The notes under the pieces were generated by a model. The model saw only the letters and a program-made list of their open reading frames with translations, did not search any database and had not been told where the DNA came from. A stretch of DNA of 63,954 nucleotides, counting the filler, from Reticulomyxa filosa (lineage: Eukaryota > Protista > Foraminifera), in assembly GCA_000512085.1 (NCBI GenBank). It is 20 parts of 20 records of this genome, joined end to end, with 100 filler letters (N's around TTAATTAATTAA, not from the genome) between each part and the next. Parts side by side here need not be neighbours in the genome. Positions count along the whole stretch, not along the records: positions 57,403 to 60,113 come from ASPP01021105.1; positions 60,214 to 62,306 come from ASPP01027194.1; positions 62,407 to 63,954 come from ASPP01004530.1; 17 more parts are not named here. One strand, written 5' to 3'. This document shows positions 58,355 through 63,954 of this stretch, piece by piece. A program made the position numbers and the translations under genes. Position 1 is the first letter of the stretch, and the number at the start of each line of letters is the position of its first letter.

Positions 58355-59622
58355 TTAAACAAATCGGTGACAAAAACAATTTTTACAACACAACAAACGA
58401 TTAGGTTCATTTGCGATAAGATCTTCAGGAATAGATTCTCCTCTAATAATTGCTTCTGTTTGTTTTTCTTTCTTTTCACCAAAAAAGTCTTTTCTATCCC
58501 ATTGAGTAAAAAGTATCTTCTTTTGGTCTCGTCTCAAACACCACAATTTACAGCATAATCTCTTTTCAATATATTTCTTTAATTCATCACCACTTTTTGT
58601 GAGTTTTTCGCGTTCCCATCGTCGAGAAAAATAAGCTCTTACTATAGAAAATCCTTGAAAAAATACAAAAAAAGACAAAAAGGAAAGAAAGGCAGTGTTA
58701 TCATATTGACCGATTGAAGAAAAAGCTCCAGCAATGCATGACCAAGCAGTGACGGAAAACAAGAAAAGGAAACAGCAGAACGTGTATTGTTCCTAATATT
58801 TATTTTAATTGTGTCATAAATAAACTGTGTTGTGTGTTTATATTGGATTTGATAAGAAAATTTAACCATAAAGGTGATATATTGAATCTTTGGTAATTTT
58901 TCATAAACTAGTTGTAACGTTTCTACATCTGCCAATAGAAATACCACACAGTAATTTAGTCGATTTCCCAATTCCGCTGTAAATAGATGTTTGAGTGTTC
59001 AAAGACAAAAACAGACAATCGACCATGTTTTTTTTTTTAAAAAAGAATGTCCATGCATATAGTATAATGTTCAGGATCGAAATATGTAATTCAAAGAATA
59101 AGCGTACACATACTTGGGTCAAGAGGCATAGCAAATGTCCCTAAGCCCAGTGCGAACATGCATAGTGTAATTGCAAAGATTGTTAAATAGCTCTTCCAGA
59201 CTGTACGCACGCATGTACGTATACGTAGCATTACACAACACACACAGCAATTTGCTTCAAGAGACAATAACAAACTAGAGAAACAAACTTCGTGAAGCTT
59301 TGATACGAATGTACATTGCCGGATAAGTTTGCAAAGATTTCGAGTGTTTGGGATGAGTATATCGAAATTCGATAAACGCGTTTTCCAAAGACCATTCAGT
59401 GGTCACAGAAAATTGTGTGTCCAATATGAAAAACTCGCCTATTCTATTTATTCAATTTTTTTATTATTATTATTTTTTTTTTTGTGCGTGTTTTAGAGTA
59501 AGACCAACGGTTGCTTTGCTGATGAAGACCTAAAGTTATTGGAAAAAAAGAGAGTTAAAATTTCACCCTAGAGATTGTTTTTGGGACACAACAAATCATC
59601 ATTCAAGTAATTCAAAGCCCAC

Positions 59623-59653
<31 letters not shown>

Positions 59654-60100
59654 GAAAATTAACTTGGGAAAGGCAATAAATCGGCATATTCGTACGACTG
59701 TTGAGATAGCTTAAAGATAATGGTAAAGTCTTGACACTTGTTGTATTTTGTGTAGATCAATGTTTCAAAAGACATATCATATGCACATACATATACATAT
59801 GTATACGTATGTATATGTATAAATGACAAGGTTTGGGTTCGAAAAAACGAAACATCAAATGGAAAATTTTCTAATTCCAACTCTTCCGAAAACATCACGA
59901 CAGATTCGAATTGAGCACGTATCCAATAACCTTTACTCGGATTAAAGCCTAGATCTGCTTCCAAAAGATCCCAAGCGAGTTTGTTTTTACCGTCGCTGAA
60001 AGGTAGTTTGTTCTTCCAGTTGTTTTCTTTCATCAGCGGCGATATCGATTCGGAAGAGGGCGAGCTGAAGCTGCGATGATCGCCACGTTTTAACTTGAAA
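58355..60100 (-). CDS. Cys-less pentameric ligand-gated ion channel, 5'-truncated, multi-exon
   Basis: LELENFPFD|CQDFTI Pro-loop, TEW, YPAMYIRIKASR pre-M1, M1, M2 (RLNYCVVFLLADVETLQL), LPKIQYIT M2-M3 loop, M3 and M4. Confidence 0.85.
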
Positions 60101-60219
60101 GGTGCTTTTTTTTNNNNNNNNNNNNNNNNNNNNNNNNNNNNNNNNNNNNNNNNNNNNTTAATTAATTAANNNNNNNNNNNNNNNNNNNNNNNNNNNNNNN
60201 NNNNNNNNNNNNNAGGAAT

Positions 60220-61560
60220 CAATAGAAATCAAGTTGGGATAAAGCACTCGCTCAAGGTCATGATGGCAAAGACAAGTTTTCGACGAAACATAAGCCATGG
60301 ACTATTTGTGACAGCGAAATACATCAAAGTGTTCCTGCAATTATCAGAACTGAGCTTGTATGCAGCGACGCAGTTCAATTGCGGATTTGTTGGCTCATTC
60401 AAGGTGGTCACACCATCATCGTCCACTTTGTTCGTGAAAAGATATTGAAAGAATTGTGCCCCCCCTACGGCGACGCATCCACATCGAGGCTTTTTTTTTT
60501 GGCGCCGCCAAAGCGTATCATCGAAAACTTAGGTTCGATTATCAACAAATCATTTAACATGACGGACTGGCAAGGTAAATTACATTGGCTCTTGTGAGCG
60601 ACGAATCCTGAAATGATTGGTATCAAAATGAACTCATAGATATATCCCAATGAACACAATAGCAAAGGTCTTTTTTCAAAAATATAGCGTTGTTTTATTT
60701 TCATTTATTTATTTTTTTTATCATCACAACGTATACATCCTTTGTTTTGCTTAGGAATGACTAAGATGTGAAAGAGATCAGTACAATGTACAAAGAATTT
60801 TCAGTATTATTTGTGTTGGCGTCGCATTTCAAAATTCGAGTATCAGACCACATCGAGTCACGTATACCTATCCATGTGATATACTGCAATGTCGTCAACC
60901 GCTTTTAGCGTGATCAATGGCCACAGTGGAGGGAAACTAAAAAAGAGACACTCTCGATAAATATATAAAAAAAGAATGATCTAGATGGACGACAATGGAA
61001 AATCAAGAAAAAAATATGAATTGAGTAGTTAGTGTTGGTAAATCTTAATACAGCAATCTCACGCGTATGTAGTGTCTTAATCTCTGTCATGACTCCTTCG
61101 CACCACTTCAATACACCGCAAAATTCGTTACAATTTGATACAACTAAGCGTGCTTCTCACTAACAACGTGTCCCAATTACATTATCAACAAATATTGGTG
61201 ATGATGAATTCGATAAATTGCTCATTGGATTAGGCCAATATCGGTTAGTGGTGGATAATATATTTTTTATATATTTCTTCATTGTTATCATACACAACAC
61301 TAAAATCTGTTAGCATCGGTCATGTATTGCAAGAAGGGGAAAACAAAAAAAAGGTGTAAAGAAAATCAAGAAATAATATCGTGGCTTCCGAATGATGAAA
61401 CAAGTGCTTATTCTGATCTCAAGCGTCCCGAAAAAAAATATATATCACACGACACCAAGAAGAAAAGAAATTGGTTTTCAAGATTGGAAAATTTTGAAAT
61501 CGATTGGCGAAATATATCAATAATCATTGTAGTGTATGCGTTAAAGTTTTGAAGGAATAA
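60220..61560 (+). pseudogene. Decayed unknown coding sequence(s)
   Basis: A frame of about 120 codons (KSSWDKALAQGHDG...WQGKLHWLL) continues through stops, followed by an intron-like tract and further broken frames. Confidence 0.45.
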
Positions 61561-62160
61561 AAAATCGATGAGCTGCTCCATTGATTGTGACAGCATTAAC
61601 TATGAAATATTTATTAGAAAAATTTATTGTTATTGATATTTTTTTCTCCTGCAAACTACTGTAATTCAAATATAGTTTTGATACCACATTTGATGTGACC
61701 TGATGGCGATACAGATTAATACCATTCTTCCTTAATACACTATTCTGGCATCGTGTTTAAAACATCTTTTTGTCGCATACATTTATTTCTGTTATACGTT
61801 ATTCTTCTTGCCATCTACTTCTACATGAAGGCAAGAGGACACTAATCGAGGTCTTTTTTTGCCAGGAAAGTGGCAGGAATCAATTTCTAATTTCGCACAG
61901 CATACGCGCTTTCTTTTAGATCTAAAATATTCAAGCTCAAAAATTTTTTACAATGATTATATAATTTGAACAAGATATCAAGGTGAGCTGGATGAGAACA
62001 TTAAAATAATCATTAAAAGAAAAATCAAAAGAACAACAATTCGCACACAAAAAAACAAAAGTTTTCAATTAAAAAATTTGATGCGTTCAAAAATGCCACA
62101 AATTTGGCGTTGTTTGCACTTTGCTTCATCTTTCTCACTGGCACCGCAACCTCCACAGCC

Positions 62161-62292
62161 ACTTTCCAATTTCTCGATAGAAAGGTGCTGTATTCTTTGG
62201 AGACCTATGTTATATACGTGAACACTGATCATGCATGTTTCAATCAAATTATAAAGAAATACTATAACTTGGAATATAGATTGCGCATATAA
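62161..62292 (+). repeat. Paralog of the ORF end at 21809-21940
   Basis: TFQFLDRKVLYSLETYV...YNLEYRLRI* versus TFQLLDRRVLRSLKTYV...YNLEFMLVI*. Confidence 0.85.
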
Positions 62293-62407
62293 TCATTATA
62301 ATCTTCNNNNNNNNNNNNNNNNNNNNNNNNNNNNNNNNNNNNNNNNNNNNTTAATTAATTAANNNNNNNNNNNNNNNNNNNNNNNNNNNNNNNNNNNNNN
62401 NNNNNNT

Positions 62408-63954
62408 TAAAGAGTGTGGAAAAGCCACCATTGACAAGATTTGCATCGGATTGCGAGCCTTCGTCGCACTGCAAGTAGGCCAATACGGATTCATTGAAGC
62501 ATTTCGATCCATACAGCAGATATCCCAAGGCGCAGCTCTTGCAGACTCCGGATACGCAGTTTGTGCAAGAGTCCTGATAGCACCCTCCTTGTCCCTCCAA
62601 AGTGGAGATATCAGTAACAGTGGAGCCATTGAAGATGGAGGCGGTTTGACGAACATCGGAGACGATATCGTAAGATTGCATACTGACATAGTTTTGAGGT
62701 CCTTGGAACCAAGCCCAGTACCCAGAGCTGCGATCATACATAAGAGCAGTGACGATATATCCATTTTGCAGAGTGAATCCAAACTCAGTGACGGAGTGGA
62801 TTTGCAGCGCAGAGGTGGTAGTGCTGGTACGTGTGTAAGGAACAGATATCCAAATATTTTGACAAAACAGCATCATATAATACGTCAATCCCAATGCGGC
62901 CGTGACTTGTCCACAATCGATAAACTGTTGTGGCAGATTCCAATCCGTGCCTGCATTAAACTGGCCAGTCAATTGGATCTGATTGTCCAAGTCCACTTTT
63001 ACATATGACAAACCTTGACAAAACACAAACAATTGATTGGATTGTCTGGCCACAATGGCTCCCATTTTGCGCGTGCATTGTTGCACCGGGAAATTTCCTT
63101 TGATTGTCTTAGGATATCCTGAGTCTGGATAATGGTAATACCATTGATTGAAGTTTGCATAGCGAGTAAAATATGGGCCTTGGAAGATATACGCACGTCC
63201 ATCGCGATCGGTGAAGGCTGCATCCACCACGGTGTTCTTTTGCACACACGTATTCGTCACTTGAAATCCGGTGCAATTGCTCAGACAACAGCTATCAATC
63301 GATGGATCACAATACTCGCCACTGTCCAATACCCCATTGCCACAATTGATATCCTGGTTGGGACAGTCTGTGTTGATGCACTTTTGCGAGTCGGGAGTCG
63401 GCTTTGTTGCAGGGTCGCAATATGACGAGTCGATCTCCCAATTGCATTGATTCGTCGAACTCAAGTCCGACGCGCAGCATTTCAACACCTCTGTCGCGTA
63501 CGAGTCCTTGCTCCCACACGACGGATAGCAGGTTCCAAACACTCCAGTTTTATACCAACGTGCGTAGTAACGCACGTTCGTTGGTGTGCTCGTTGGTATA
63601 CTCGTTGGTGTGCTCGTTGGTCGATTCGTAGGTCTTGCTGTCGGTCGCATTGTCGGTTTCAATGTCGGTCCTGGAGTCGGCCTTTTCAGATTACGTATAC
63701 AATTTCACATCTCTGTTTATTTATTGGAAAAAAAAAAAAAAAAAAAGAGTGCCACTTACTTTGGAGTTGGTGAGGAGTTTGATGCGGTTGGACGTCGCGT
63801 TGGATTTGACGTTGGTCGACGTGTGGGATGAGCTGTCGTCTTCACTGTCGGTTTTAACGTGGGCCTTACTGTCGGTTTTATTGTTGGCTTTGCTGTTGGC
63901 TTCACTGGTTGGAACCGAAAGGGTTTGAATTCCGGGTCTTTAAAAACCCGGAAT
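62408..63954 (-). CDS. Extracellular mosaic protein: PT repeats, TSP1-like, disintegrin-like, hemopexin-like and Cys-rich furin/EGF-like modules; intron 63682-63759
   Basis: WYKTGVFGTCYPSCG; CGNGVLDSGEYCDP..SCC; VDAAFTDRDGRAYIFQG..FTRY..DSGYPKTI; CTNCVSGVCKSCALGY. Confidence 0.8.

Noticed and set aside
2103-62406. Recurring TTAATTAATTAA palindromes as a CRISPR-like or regulatory repeat
   Set aside because: They are always embedded in N44 pads, so they are artificial linkers.

Overview
This is not one contiguous locus. It is about 20 short AT-rich eukaryotic contigs joined by identical 100-bp artificial linkers (N44-TTAATTAATTAA-N44), so adjacency across a linker carries no information. Most genes are truncated and have short GT-AG introns full of poly(A/T) and (TA)n/(CA)n tracts. 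The composition and gene families point to a foraminiferan such as Reticulomyxa filosa; this is an inference. Recognisable genes are: MFS transporter, GCP5, secreted beta-helix protein, ABHD14-like hydrolase, 7TM-RGS, ARFRP1, ETF-QO, TOM1/GPR137-like 7TM protein, class 3 lipase, NACHT-family N-terminus, RNF213-like AAA+ protein, REJ-domain protein, SLBP, V-ATPase d, divergent alpha-tubulin, a Cys-less pentameric ligand-gated channel and two PT-repeat secreted proteins. There is also a Tc1 relic and a cluster of decayed tRNAs. The main candidate discovery lies in an apparently intergenic stretch (about 22.0-24.9 kb, minus strand) that the ORF track breaks into fragments. Manual translation across stops, frameshifts and introns gives a collinear series of RpoB/Rpb2-like motifs followed by RpoC/Rpb1-like motifs, ending in a degenerate DxDGD. 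This suggests a decayed, intron-containing, compact fused beta-beta' two-barrel RNA polymerase. A second partial copy lies nearby, and a convergent neighbouring ORF recurs on another contig. Together these suggest a multi-copy virus-like or linear-plasmid-like endogenous element. All family assignments come from motif recognition by eye; no searches were run.
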